From Gordonia alkaliphila (GTDB taxonomy: Bacteria > Actinomycetota > Actinomycetes > Mycobacteriales > Mycobacteriaceae): a stretch of DNA of 24,000 nucleotides. Below, piece by piece: positions 1-8,771 of the stretch (the first letter of the stretch is position 1; each line of letters opens with the position of its first letter). Position numbers and translations under genes: made by a program. The stretch is from positions 372,306-396,305 of the forward strand of contig NZ_BAABIE010000001.1 in the NCBI RefSeq assembly GCF_039542465.1, written 5' to 3'. The notes beneath the pieces were generated by a model. The model was not told the origin of the DNA. It made no database searches and saw only the letters and a program-made list of their open reading frames with translations.

Positions 1-1234
1 CGGTGAACACCAGCGACGCGTCCACGTCCACCGTCTCGTCGGTGCCGGTGCGGACGAACCGCACACCGGTCGCCCGCTCCGCGCCGCGCACTTCCTGCGG
101 CGTGAGGCCGAAGGCCAGGCGGATGAACGGTGCGGCGGGCTGTGGGCGGGCGGCGAGCTCGCGCAGCAGCGCCACCTTCTCCGCGTCCTCGCGGCTGTCG
201 AGGGCAGCGACGTCGACGTCCGTCAGGTCGGCCGGGTCGACCCACACGCGGGCCGGGCCGTCGGCCAGTCCGATGAGTTCGGGCAGCGTGAACGCACCGT
301 GCTCGGGACCGCGACGCCCCACCACCAGCACTTCGCGCACGGTGGATCCGCGCAGGGCGGCGAGGGCCTCGAGCGCGATGTCGGTGTCCGCCAACCGATT
401 CGGGTCGGCGGTCAGGATCCGAGCCACGTCGAGGGCGACGTTGCCATTGCCGATGACCACGGCACGGTCGCCGGTCAGCGCCGGAGCGGCCTCCCGGAAA
501 TCCGGGTGCCCGTTGTACCAACCCACCACCGAGGTGGCGCTCTGCACGCCCGGCAGATCGACGCCGGGGATCTCCAGGCGGCGGTCGGTCGGGGCGCCAC
601 CGGCCCACAGCACGGCGTCGTAGTCGGCGCGCAACTGCTCCAGTGTGAGGTCGGTGCCGATGTGCGTGTTCAGCAAGATCTGCAGGCGCGGGTGCGCGGC
701 GATCGTGTTGAACAGATCGGCCACACTGCGCGTGGCCTTGTGGTCGGGGGCGACGCCGAAACGGGCCAGACCGAACGGCTCGGACAGGCGCTCGAACATA
801 GTGACCCGGACCTGGGAGTGCTTGAGCAGTTCGTCGGCCGCGTACATGGCCGACGGACCCGAGCCCACGATGGCGATCTCCATCGGATCGGGCAGGCCGT
901 CGAACGCCTTCGGCTTGCCGATCGGCGCCAGCGGCTTGCGCCACAGAGCATCGACCGGGAAACGCGCCACGCTCGGCGGCTGATCGCCGTAATGCTCGGC
1001 GTTCACGGCGGTGAAGCGTTCCTGACCCTCGGGGATCCGATGGATCGGGGCGATCGCGCCCACCGGGCAGGCGGTGACGCAGGCGCCGCAGTCGACGCAG
1101 GTGCCCGGGTCGATGTAGAGCATTTCCGCGGTCGCGAAATCGGGCTCGTCCGGCGTGGGATGGATGCAGTTCACCGGGCAGGCGTAGACGCAGGAGGCGT
1201 CGCCGCAGCACGGCTGCGTGATGACGTGCGGCAT
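1..1234 (-). CDS. fprB: Ferredoxin / FAD-dependent NADPH:ferredoxin (adrenodoxin-type) reductase fusion protein, FprB-like; 3' end runs off the window
   Basis: Manual minus-strand translation from the ATG (complement of 1232-1234) gives MPHVITQPCCGDASCVYACPVNCIHPT...CVDCGACVTACPVGAI, two ferredoxin Cys clusters. These are followed by IAIVGSGPSAMYAADEL (GxGxxA dinucleotide fold) and VVIGNGNVALDVARIL. It is absent from the ORF track because there is no stop in the window. Its ATG lies 1 nt after the stop of the upstream gene, as in the Rv0885-Rv0886 arrangement. Confidence 0.8.
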   Translation of the reverse strand, partial: MPHVITQPCCGDASCVYACPVNCIHPTPDEPDFATAEMLYIDPGTCVDCGACVTACPVGAIAPIHRIPEGQERFTAVNAEHYGDQPPSVARFPVDALWRKPLAPIGKPKAFDGLPDPMEIAIVGSGPSAMYAADELLKHSQVRVTMFERLSEPFGLARFGVAPDHKATRSVADLFNTIAAHPRLQILLNTHIGTDLTLEQLRADYDAVLWAGGAPTDRRLEIPGVDLPGVQSATSVVGWYNGHPDFREAAPALTGDRAVVIGNGNVALDVARILTADPNRLADTDIALEALAALRGSTVREVLVVGRRGPEHGAFTLPELIGLADGPARVWVDPADLTDVDVAALDSREDAEKVALLRELAARPQPAAPFIRLAFGLTPQEVRGAERATGVRFVRTGTDETVDVDASLVFT

Positions 1235-1235
1235 A

Positions 1236-2255
1236 TCAGCGCGCGTTGTACGACGGCTCGCTGCGGTAGCGAGAGGAACGGCCGTCGATGCCCAGCGCCT
1301 TCCAGATGCGGCGCGAGACGGGGTTCATCAGCCCGCACTGCTCGGCCAGCATCCGGACATCGCCGAAGACGTCGCTCAGGAAGTTCCGCGAATCTTCCGA
1401 CTTCCAGAACATCTCCTTGAAGACCTGGTCGGGCACGTCGAACTCGCGACGGAACTGCACCGGCGGGCGGGCGATGGCGCCGCAGAGCACGCGCATCACG
1501 ACGGGCATGGCCATCGACAGCACGAAGCGCGTCGGCGCGCTCCGCGAGGGAATGGTGGTGCGCAGGTGGTGGTGCGCGAACGAGATGTGGCGGGCCTCCT
1601 CGGCCACGTGCAGCTCCATCACGGCGGCCATCACCGGGTGCACGTTGGCGCCGGCGCGCAGGAAGTCCTTCTGCAGGTGATCGATCGGCTCTTCGCCGGC
1701 GAGTACGCCGAAGAAGAAGACCGTCGGCCAGAAGGTGGAGAACAGCGGGATGATCGGGTCGGCGAGGCGCATGCCGCGTGGCATGCCGGGCACGTCCATG
1801 CCCACCCGGTTCACCATCTCCTGGAACATCAGCGTGTGCTGGCACTCTTCCTTAGACTCGTGGGTCACGTAGCGGAAGCGCTTGTCGCCGTTCTTCAGCT
1901 TCGACGCGTACTGCAGCAGACCGCGAATCAGGATCGACTCGAACTGCAGGCCCACCTTGGCGACGTTGGCCTGCCGCCACATGCCGATCTGGATCTGCTT
2001 CTCTTCCGGCAGCGCCTTGTACCAAGGGTGCTTGCCGACCGGATCCACCTCGGGGTCCAGGATCCAGCGCGGATCGTTCGGCACGATGGCCATCTCCGGG
2101 GCGTCCCAGGCGATGTGGATGTACGGGTCGAAGTTCCGATGGACCGAGGCGGCCGAGAGGTCCTCGACGACCTGGTCGTAGTCGATGTCGGTACCGGTCT
2201 TGGCGGCAGGCGGCTCGTAGGCGATCGGCCGCGGCTGTGTGCTGGTCATCGTCAT
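1236..2255 (-). CDS. AurF-like diiron (ferritin-fold) oxygenase, Rv0885-like
   Basis: Track ORF 1236..2336, trimmed to the MTMTSTQ start at 2255, which lies just after AGGAAAGGGA (2249 is an alternative start). Two E-x-x-H diiron motifs are present: HESKEECQH and VAEEARH. GC3-rich codons. Forms an operon with the fprB-like gene. Confidence 0.75.
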   Translation of the reverse strand: MTMTSTQPRPIAYEPPAAKTGTDIDYDQVVEDLSAASVHRNFDPYIHIAWDAPEMAIVPNDPRWILDPEVDPVGKHPWYKALPEEKQIQIGMWRQANVAKVGLQFESILIRGLLQYASKLKNGDKRFRYVTHESKEECQHTLMFQEMVNRVGMDVPGMPRGMRLADPIIPLFSTFWPTVFFFGVLAGEEPIDHLQKDFLRAGANVHPVMAAVMELHVAEEARHISFAHHHLRTTIPSRSAPTRFVLSMAMPVVMRVLCGAIARPPVQFRREFDVPDQVFKEMFWKSEDSRNFLSDVFGDVRMLAEQCGLMNPVSRRIWKALGIDGRSSRYRSEPSYNAR

Positions 2256-2290
2256 TCCCTTTCCTGATCCGCGCAGGGCGCGCGGAATGA

Positions 2291-2340
2291 GAACGTGTTC
2301 ACAGCTAACGTTGACATCGCCCACTGATCTTGTCAACGTT
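2291..2340. promoter_or_regulatory. Candidate operator(s) in the divergent promoter region: perfect 10-bp inverted repeat AACGTTGACA(2307-2316)/TGTCAACGTT(2331-2340) plus GAACgtGTTC (2291-2300)
   Basis: Read directly from the sequence. The arms are exact reverse complements separated by 14 bp, and each arm contains TTGACA (-35-like) in one orientation. The site lies between the diiron oxygenase and antiporter starts. Confidence 0.3.
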
Positions 2341-2413
2341 CAATGTCACGGTAGCGGGCGGTGGCGTGTGTGGCTTCCGGCTGATTGCGACGACAGATGC
2401 GGTGTGCGCCACA

Positions 2414-4117
2414 ATGAGTGCCGTGGATGCCGTCGAGATCGCCGCCGTCGCGGTCCTGTGTGTGCTGGCCATAGCCGCTGCGAATACGCTCGCTCCGCGC
2501 CTGCGAGTCGCAGCGCCGCTGCTGCTGGTCGCCGTCGGCGTCGGGGTCAGCTTCCTGCCCCGGGTGCCGGAGATCCGGGTCGACCCGGAACTGATCCTGG
2601 TGGGGCTGCTGCCGCCGCTGCTCTATGCGGCGGCGCGCGCCATGCCGGTGATGGACTTCAAGCGGGACTTTCCCGCCATCGGCGCGCTGTCGATCGTCCT
2701 GGTGATCGTCTCCGCGTTGCTCCTCGGTCTCTTCTTCGACGCGATCCTGCCCAATGTGGACTACCCGCTCGGTGTGGCGCTCGGCGCCATCCTCAGCCCG
2801 ACGGATGCGGTGGCCACCGGCACGATCAAACGGATGGGCGCGCCCAACCGGATCGTGACGGTGCTGTCCGGGGAGAGCCTGTTCAACGACGCCAGCTCCC
2901 TGGTGGTGCTGCGCGCGGCGATCGCCGCCACCGGCGCGAGCATCTCCTTCGCCGGCGTCGCGGTGAACTTCCTGTGGTCCCTGATCGGCGCGGTCGCGGT
3001 GGGTGCAGCGATGGGTTGGTTGTTCAGCCGACTGCGGGCGCGCATTCCGGTGCCTGCCGTCGCTACCGCGATCTCCTTCACCATCCCGTACGTGGCGTAC
3101 GTGCCCGCCGAACTGATCGGGTCGTCGGGCCTGGTCGCCGCGGTGGCCGCGGGTCTGGTGACCGGCCGGACGGCGGTGCGGCACCTGTCGGCCGCGCACC
3201 GGCAGTCCGATGTGCAGAACTGGCGGATGGTCGAGGTGATCCTGGAGGGCGGCGTCTTCCTCCTGATGGGGCTCGAGCTCAACACCCTGCTGGTGGAGGT
3301 GCGCGAGTCGCACGACACCTGGCTGCATGCGCTCTGGCCCGCGGCGGTGGCGCTGGTGCTGTCCCTGCTGATCCGCTGGGCGTTCGTGGCGCCGCTGGTG
3401 TGGTGGCTCGGCCGTCGAGCCCGACGCGTCATCGCCAGCGAGCCCGCGCTCTCAGCGCTGCGGGAAGAGCTGCCCACCGATCAGATCGACGGCGACGCCG
3501 TGGGGCAGCGGCTGCGCCTGCACCTGGATCGGCGCCTGGCGGACATCGACTACTACCGGGCCGAGGCGATGGGCTCGCGCGAAGGTCTCGTGGTGGTGTG
3601 GGGTGGCCTGCGCGGTGCGGTCACGCTCGCGGCAGCGCAGACCCTGCCGATCGATACGCCGTACCGATCCTTGCTGGTGCTGGTGGCCTTCTTCGTCGCC
3701 GCGCTGTCGCTGACCCTGCAGGGCGGACTGATGGGCCCGGTGCTGAGCATGCTCAAGCTGCCGGACCAGAGCGCCGACATCCGGGCGGAACGCAAGCGGT
3801 TGCGCGGGGAGATGCTCGACGTGGCGCAGCGGACGCTCGCCGATCCGGCGGTGATCGGCACCGACCCGACACTCGCCGAGCAGGCACGAGCGATCCGCGA
3901 ACTGGAGAATCCCGACGTCGACGAGGACGACTCGGAGATCGACGCACTGGATCGGCGCCTGCAGACCTCGCGTGAGCTGCGCCGCGTACGACGGCACGTG
4001 ATCGACGAGCAGCGTCGTATGTTGCTGGCCTTCCGTGACCGTGGCACCTACAGCTCCGGCGCCCTCACCGACGAACTGGCCAAACTCGATGCGCAGGAAC
4101 TGAGCCTGCAGAGCTAA
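2414..4117 (+). CDS. Na+/H+ antiporter, CPA1 (NhaP/YjcE-like) family with a cytoplasmic C-terminal domain
   Basis: Track ORF 2330..4117, trimmed to the ATG at 2414 (MSAVDAVEIAAV...). Multiple TM helices are present, with exchanger motifs such as AILSPTDAVA and SGESLFNDASSLV. Confidence 0.85.
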   Translation: MSAVDAVEIAAVAVLCVLAIAAANTLAPRLRVAAPLLLVAVGVGVSFLPRVPEIRVDPELILVGLLPPLLYAAARAMPVMDFKRDFPAIGALSIVLVIVSALLLGLFFDAILPNVDYPLGVALGAILSPTDAVATGTIKRMGAPNRIVTVLSGESLFNDASSLVVLRAAIAATGASISFAGVAVNFLWSLIGAVAVGAAMGWLFSRLRARIPVPAVATAISFTIPYVAYVPAELIGSSGLVAAVAAGLVTGRTAVRHLSAAHRQSDVQNWRMVEVILEGGVFLLMGLELNTLLVEVRESHDTWLHALWPAAVALVLSLLIRWAFVAPLVWWLGRRARRVIASEPALSALREELPTDQIDGDAVGQRLRLHLDRRLADIDYYRAEAMGSREGLVVVWGGLRGAVTLAAAQTLPIDTPYRSLLVLVAFFVAALSLTLQGGLMGPVLSMLKLPDQSADIRAERKRLRGEMLDVAQRTLADPAVIGTDPTLAEQARAIRELENPDVDEDDSEIDALDRRLQTSRELRRVRRHVIDEQRRMLLAFRDRGTYSSGALTDELAKLDAQELSLQS

Positions 4118-5343
4118 TCGAGCGTCTCGACGGGTACCGCGTCGTCCGGGGCGGTGACGTGCCCGGACGGATTGGTCTCGCGCGCGGGCAGCCACAGCAC
4201 GAAGGCGACGACCACCACGAGGCCGGTGAGCAGGAAGGCCGGGCCGTAGCCGAAAGCGGTGGCGACGGCACCGGCGGCGAGCGGACCGATCACGGCGCCG
4301 AGGTCGGAGGCCATACCGTAGGCGGCCAGCGCCGAGCCGCCGCGTTGCGAGGTGCCGAGGACGTCGCCGAGAGCGGCCTGATGGGTGGGGGCGAACAGAC
4401 CCGAGCCGATGCCGGCGATGGTGGTCAGGGCGACGGCCACCGCGAGGTTGGGGGAGTAGCCGAGCGTGAGGGTCGACGCCGCGGCGATCGCCAATCCGGG
4501 CAGCAGAATCGGGCGACGACCGTAGGTGTCGGAGAGTCGGCCGGCCACCAGGATGGCGATCATGTTGCCGCCGGCGTAGAAGGCCAGGATCACGCCGGCC
4601 CAGGCGTCGGATTCGCCGAGGCCCTGGGTGATGAACAGCGGCACCAGGGCGATGCGGACGCCCATCGACGCCCAGCCCTGCGCGAAGTTGGAGGCGAGGA
4701 CGGCGCGGTAGGCGCTGTCCCGGCAGGCCGTCGCGAAGGTCACCGTCTCGACGGTCTTGGGCGCACCGCCCGCGCCGTCGACCGCGTGGGCGGGGACCGC
4801 GGGCATGAAGAACGCCACCCCGAGCGCCGCGATCACCAGGGCGATCGCGTAGACCACGAAGGGGAGTTTGAGGCCGCCGCCGATCAGTGCGGCACCGATC
4901 AGCGGGCCGGTGAGGTTACCGATCAGGAAGCCGGCGGAGAAGTAGCCGGAGGCGCGGCCGCGGATCTGCGGCGGGGCGAGCCGGATCAACAGGGCCATCG
5001 CCGAGACGGTGAACATCGTGGAACCGATGCCGCCCGCGGCGCGGAAGACCAGAAGTTGCCAGTACGACGCGGCGAACGCGCACGCCAGGGTGCTGGCGGC
5101 GACGATGATCAGGCCGGTCAGATAGATGCGGCGCTCACCGAGCACCGTGACCAGGCGGCCGGTCGCCGGAGCGAAGGCCAAGCGCATCACGGCGAATGCG
5201 GAGATCACCGCCGACACTGCCGTCACCGACACCCCGAAGGTGCTGGCGAAGATCGGCAGTGCCGGCGCGATCAGTCCGTAGCCGAGCGCGATGACGACAT
5301 TGGCCGCCAGAAGAACCCACAGACCGCGGGGGAGATGCTTCAT
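4114..5343 (-). CDS. MFS transporter
   Basis: 409-aa track ORF with about 12 hydrophobic segments. MFS-type loop motif: FAPATGRLVTVLGERR and a later GRLSDTYGRRP. Confidence 0.85.
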   Translation of the reverse strand: MKHLPRGLWVLLAANVVIALGYGLIAPALPIFASTFGVSVTAVSAVISAFAVMRLAFAPATGRLVTVLGERRIYLTGLIIVAASTLACAFAASYWQLLVFRAAGGIGSTMFTVSAMALLIRLAPPQIRGRASGYFSAGFLIGNLTGPLIGAALIGGGLKLPFVVYAIALVIAALGVAFFMPAVPAHAVDGAGGAPKTVETVTFATACRDSAYRAVLASNFAQGWASMGVRIALVPLFITQGLGESDAWAGVILAFYAGGNMIAILVAGRLSDTYGRRPILLPGLAIAAASTLTLGYSPNLAVAVALTTIAGIGSGLFAPTHQAALGDVLGTSQRGGSALAAYGMASDLGAVIGPLAAGAVATAFGYGPAFLLTGLVVVVAFVLWLPARETNPSGHVTAPDDAVPVETLD

Positions 5344-5372
5344 GCCGCGGAATCAGGCCGTACTCGAGCCGA

Positions 5373-6248
5373 TCAGTGCGACTGCGAACGCACGATCATC
5401 ACTGGCACCTTGGCGTGGTGCAGCACCTTCTGGCTGCGCGAGCCGAGGAGCAGGCCGGTGAAGCCGCCGCGGCCGCGGCTGCCCATGACGATCAGCGACG
5501 CGGTGTCGCCCGCGGTCTCCAGGATGGCCTTGCCCGGCTCCTCGGGGATCACCACACGCTTGACCTGTACGTCCGGGTGATCGGTGGAGTAACCGGCCAT
5601 ACGCTCGGCCACCGCGCCGACAGCCTGCTCGCTCATCTGCTCGATCTCGTCGGCGCTCAGACCGAAGCCGTGCAGGGCGTCGGCGTCGAGCGGGGTCCAC
5701 GTGTGGACCGCGATGAGTTCGGCGTTGCGCAGGTCGGCCTGGCGGTAGGCCTCGGCCACGGCCGGGTCGCTGACCTTGGAGTCGTCGACGCCGACCACTA
5801 CGGGGCCGTCGCCGATGATGGCCTCGGGCGGCACGATGACCACCTTGCTCTTGGCGTGGGCGGCGACGCTGGTGCTGACCGAGCCCAGGAACAGGCCCTT
5901 CAGGCCACCGAGGCCGCGGCTGCCCAGGACGACCATCTCGGCGTCCTCGCTGAAGTCGATCATCACGTGCGCGGCGTCGCCCTCGGCGATGGAGCCGTGG
6001 ATGGTGATACCGGGAGCGGCTTCCTCAGCGACCTTGGCCGCGTCCTGCACGTATTTGCTGACCTCGCCGCGGATCGCGTCGATCACGTCCTGCGGGATCA
6101 CCAGGCCGGGCGCGTAATCGCTGGTCGTGGTGGTGTAGGCCGAGACGATTTTGAGGTCGGCGCCTTCGAGCTTCGCTTCTTGCGCCGCCCAGCGCACTGC
6201 GTTGACTGCTTCGGCCGATCCGTCGACACCGACAAGAACCACGCTCAT
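5373..6248 (-). CDS. Universal stress protein with tandem USP domains (Rv2623-like architecture)
   Basis: Track ORF 5373..6311, trimmed to MSVVLVGVDGS at 6248. There are two USP domains, each with the ATP-binding G-x2-G-x9-G(S/T) motif: GSRGLGGLKGLFLGSVS and GSRGRGGFTGLLLGSRS. Confidence 0.85.
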   Translation of the reverse strand: MSVVLVGVDGSAEAVNAVRWAAQEAKLEGADLKIVSAYTTTTSDYAPGLVIPQDVIDAIRGEVSKYVQDAAKVAEEAAPGITIHGSIAEGDAAHVMIDFSEDAEMVVLGSRGLGGLKGLFLGSVSTSVAAHAKSKVVIVPPEAIIGDGPVVVGVDDSKVSDPAVAEAYRQADLRNAELIAVHTWTPLDADALHGFGLSADEIEQMSEQAVGAVAERMAGYSTDHPDVQVKRVVIPEEPGKAILETAGDTASLIVMGSRGRGGFTGLLLGSRSQKVLHHAKVPVMIVRSQSH

Positions 6249-6356
6249 CGTGAAACCCACATCCTCGCTCGCTACGGCCCGGACGCACGGAGTGCGCATC
6301 CGTATTTTCAAGCCTCACCACTATTCTGTCGTACCGCCCACCCGGATGCACGGCGG

Positions 6357-6376
6357 GTGGGGACTTTAGGCCCCGG
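6357..6376. promoter_or_regulatory. DosR/DevR-box-like palindrome gtGGGGACTTTAGGCCCCgg
   Basis: The core at 6359-6374 matches the recalled mycobacterial DosR consensus SGGGACTWWAGTCCCS at 15 of 16 positions. It lies about 110 bp upstream of the USP start (minus strand) and about 55 bp upstream of the divergent small membrane protein gene. Confidence 0.5.
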
Positions 6377-6429
6377 TCTGCTTCGACACACCTCGGCTCG
6401 GCCGAAAAACCGTCGGTATCCTGGTTGTT

Positions 6430-6777
6430 ATGAGCATCGAATCGCAGCATGAGCTGCCGCAGCAGTCACCCGGCGGCGAGCTGGAGCCGGAGATGCCGCG
6501 CGTCGAGCTTCGCCAGGCGATCCTGCACGTGGTGATCACCGTCGGCATCGCCGCATTGTTCGTGGCCGGCTCGGCCGTCACCTCCGGCGCCTGGTTCAAG
6601 GTGCTGATCCTGGGGTCGGCGGCGGTGATCTTCCTCGGTGCCGTCGTGCTCGGGGTGCGCGCCTTCCGTAGCCAGCGCAGCGGTGGTCGCTGGCAGGTCT
6701 ACCAGGGCGGCATGTGGGCCCTGCTCCTCATCTTCCTGCTCTGGGTCTTCGGCGCCATCGGCGCAGCGATGGCCTGA
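6430..6777 (+). CDS. Small integral membrane protein, function unknown
   Basis: 115-aa ORF with strongly G/C-ending codons. Three hydrophobic helices follow a polar N-terminus. No recognisable family and a weak SD. Confidence 0.6.
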   Translation: MSIESQHELPQQSPGGELEPEMPRVELRQAILHVVITVGIAALFVAGSAVTSGAWFKVLILGSAAVIFLGAVVLGVRAFRSQRSGGRWQVYQGGMWALLLIFLLWVFGAIGAAMA

Positions 6778-6780
6778 CCG

Positions 6781-8592
6781 TCAGAACGGCGGTTCGCCGA
6801 TCGCCCGTTTCGCCTCGTAGTCGTCCCAGGCCGCGGCTTCTTCGGCGGCCTGCCGTCGTGCCTGGCCGACGGCGCGTTGTTCGTAGTTGGCCTTCCGCTC
6901 GGCCCGCCGCCGCGCATGCTTGGCCGCCGTGCGCGTCTGCGATCGTTCCGGAGCCTGGTCGACGGTGCTCGCCGCGGATCCCGTCGCGGACTGCTGCGCG
7001 AGCTGGTGACGACACCGCAGATCGGCCAGTTGCGGGAACAGCCACTGGTTGGGCGCAAGCAACTCGACGGTGATGCCGCCCGGCGTCGTCACGCTGGCGT
7101 GGTACCGCCCGTCGTCGTCGATCCAGAGGTCGTCGAGGAAGCCGGTCAGATGGGTTTTCATCAGATGATGGAAGCGACACTTCGGCAATAGATTGCAAAT
7201 GCACGTGGGTCCGCCGTTGCTCGGGCAGATGTTGTCGAACTCGGCGACATGGTCCAGATCGCACGCGAAAGCCGCGCGCTCGCAGCCGGGGATGGAACAG
7301 GTGCCCCAGAGGAAGCGTGCGACGAGGTCGGTGAGCAGGTTCGGCCGGTAGGGGTCGCTCGGCAGCGCGGTTTTCGCGATCAGGAAGCGCGGCGGGGAGA
7401 CGCCGTCGGCCGCTTGGGTGTCGGATCCGGCGTCGGATGCGCTTGCGGCCGCGCCGTTTTCGTCGATTTCCGGGTCGGGGCGTGGGTCATCGGCCCGGCA
7501 CTCGTCCGGGCTGTCGGGGCGGGGTCCTTTTCGGTGGACGGCCGCTTCGTCGAGGTCATTGTCGCTTTGTGCTTCGGGTTCGAGCAGATCGTTCAGGTCG
7601 TGCTGGTGGATCACCGAGTCGTCGCGCTCGGCGATCTGCCGGACGTGGTCGCCGGAGATCGGCCCGTAGCCGTCGAGGTAGCCGCACTGATCGCCACCGT
7701 CGAGGGTGGTGGCGTCGCAGAGGACGTGTACGACGATCCGCGCCGCCCGGGCATCGAGTTCCACGTCAGTGATCTGCGCAGTGCAGCCGTCGCTGTCGCA
7801 CTGACAGGTGAACGGGGTGCGCTGCAGGAGCGCGATGGCCGCGTCGGAGCGTGCCTGCGCCTTGGTCCGTGGATCTTCCGGGCAGAGGCCGGCGATGACG
7901 GCGTCGAGCAGCTGTCGGACCAGGCGCACGTCTTCGGCGGTGGCCGTGATGGAGATCTGCGCCATCCCGCCGTCCAGAGCCTGGAAACCCACGTTGCGCG
8001 ACGCCTTGGCCCGGTCGCGGTCGAGTTTCTCGGCGTCGGGGTCGTACTCGGCGACGAGTCGGCGGGCCATGTGGCCGGTTTTGGTGATGGACATCGACGA
8101 CACTCCGCCGCGCAGGCCCATGATCTGCAGTGCCAGGGTCTGGTCGATGAGGGCCATGGTCTCGTCGTCGCGGACCAGTTGGGTCTCAGCGACGATCCGA
8201 TGGAACCGGGCGCGGTCGATCAGCCCCAGCCGCATGGTGGAGAACACCGCCGGAAGGCGGTCGCGGGCGCACACGGCGTCGTCGAGCAACGAGCGTGCGA
8301 AGTGGTCGGTGCTGTCCAGACTCATCTGCAACTCCAGGGCAGTCTGGGCCTCCAGATCGAGGATCGACCGCTGCGTCACCGCGACGTTCTTACTGACCGC
8401 TTGGGCATGGTCGAACATCGACAGGGCGAACTGGAACAGCCGCCAGTCGAGGTAACAGTGGCCGTTCTTGATCGCGTGGACGGCCTCGGCGAGATCGCCG
8501 GTCGACAGCTCTGCGAGCGAAACACTGGACGAGGGCATGCCGACGGAAGCCAAGTCCGCCTTCGGCCAGGCGGAAGCGGCGAGCTTCGTCAT
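6781..8592 (-). CDS. DUF222 domain / HNH endonuclease protein (REP13E12-type family)
   Basis: 603-aa ORF with GGAGGTGAG just upstream of the ATG. The C-terminal HNH region reads CSIPGCERAAFACDLDHVAEF...LLPKCRFHHLMKTH. The long helical N-terminal domain is typical of mycobacterial 13E12-repeat proteins. An acidic low-complexity linker separates the two domains. Confidence 0.85.
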   Translation of the reverse strand: MTKLAASAWPKADLASVGMPSSSVSLAELSTGDLAEAVHAIKNGHCYLDWRLFQFALSMFDHAQAVSKNVAVTQRSILDLEAQTALELQMSLDSTDHFARSLLDDAVCARDRLPAVFSTMRLGLIDRARFHRIVAETQLVRDDETMALIDQTLALQIMGLRGGVSSMSITKTGHMARRLVAEYDPDAEKLDRDRAKASRNVGFQALDGGMAQISITATAEDVRLVRQLLDAVIAGLCPEDPRTKAQARSDAAIALLQRTPFTCQCDSDGCTAQITDVELDARAARIVVHVLCDATTLDGGDQCGYLDGYGPISGDHVRQIAERDDSVIHQHDLNDLLEPEAQSDNDLDEAAVHRKGPRPDSPDECRADDPRPDPEIDENGAAASASDAGSDTQAADGVSPPRFLIAKTALPSDPYRPNLLTDLVARFLWGTCSIPGCERAAFACDLDHVAEFDNICPSNGGPTCICNLLPKCRFHHLMKTHLTGFLDDLWIDDDGRYHASVTTPGGITVELLAPNQWLFPQLADLRCRHQLAQQSATGSAASTVDQAPERSQTRTAAKHARRRAERKANYEQRAVGQARRQAAEEAAAWDDYEAKRAIGEPPF

Positions 8593-8771
8593 GCCTACTC
8601 ACCTCCCCAAGCGAGTCAGCCACACCGATCGATCTGGTGTGCTAACTCCACGTTACGCTGATCTACCAAATAGAACAAGCATTCGAGGAGATTTATTTCA
8701 AAGAATTTCTGAAGGCAGAAGAAGGCCGCTGACCAGGGCTTTCGTCCGCAAGGGCGCGGTGACGCTGCGGG

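Noticed and set aside
3-1420. Plus-strand track ORFs 3..623 and 299..1420 (206 and 373 aa)
   Set aside because: They are Arg/Ala/Gly-rich shadow frames antisense to the clearly recognisable FprB-like gene, which has ferredoxin Cys clusters and a GxGxxA fold on the minus strand.
1218-3975. Long alternative-frame ORFs 1218..2267(+), 2239..3975(+), 2333..3328(-) and 2761..3477(-)
   Set aside because: They overlap the diiron oxygenase and Na+/H+ antiporter genes. Their low-complexity R/G/A/P-rich translations lack motifs, which is typical of high-G+C shadow ORFs.
4114-4117. Convergent antiporter and MFS genes overlap at their stop codons (CTAA read on both strands)
   Set aside because: The overlap is real but common in compact actinobacterial genomes. 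It only means there is no room for an intergenic terminator, so it is not treated as a finding.
4159-6452. Plus-strand ORFs 4159..5580 (473 aa) and 5376..6452 (358 aa)
   Set aside because: They are antisense to the MFS transporter and USP genes. Their Gly/Asp/His/Arg-rich composition has no domain signatures.
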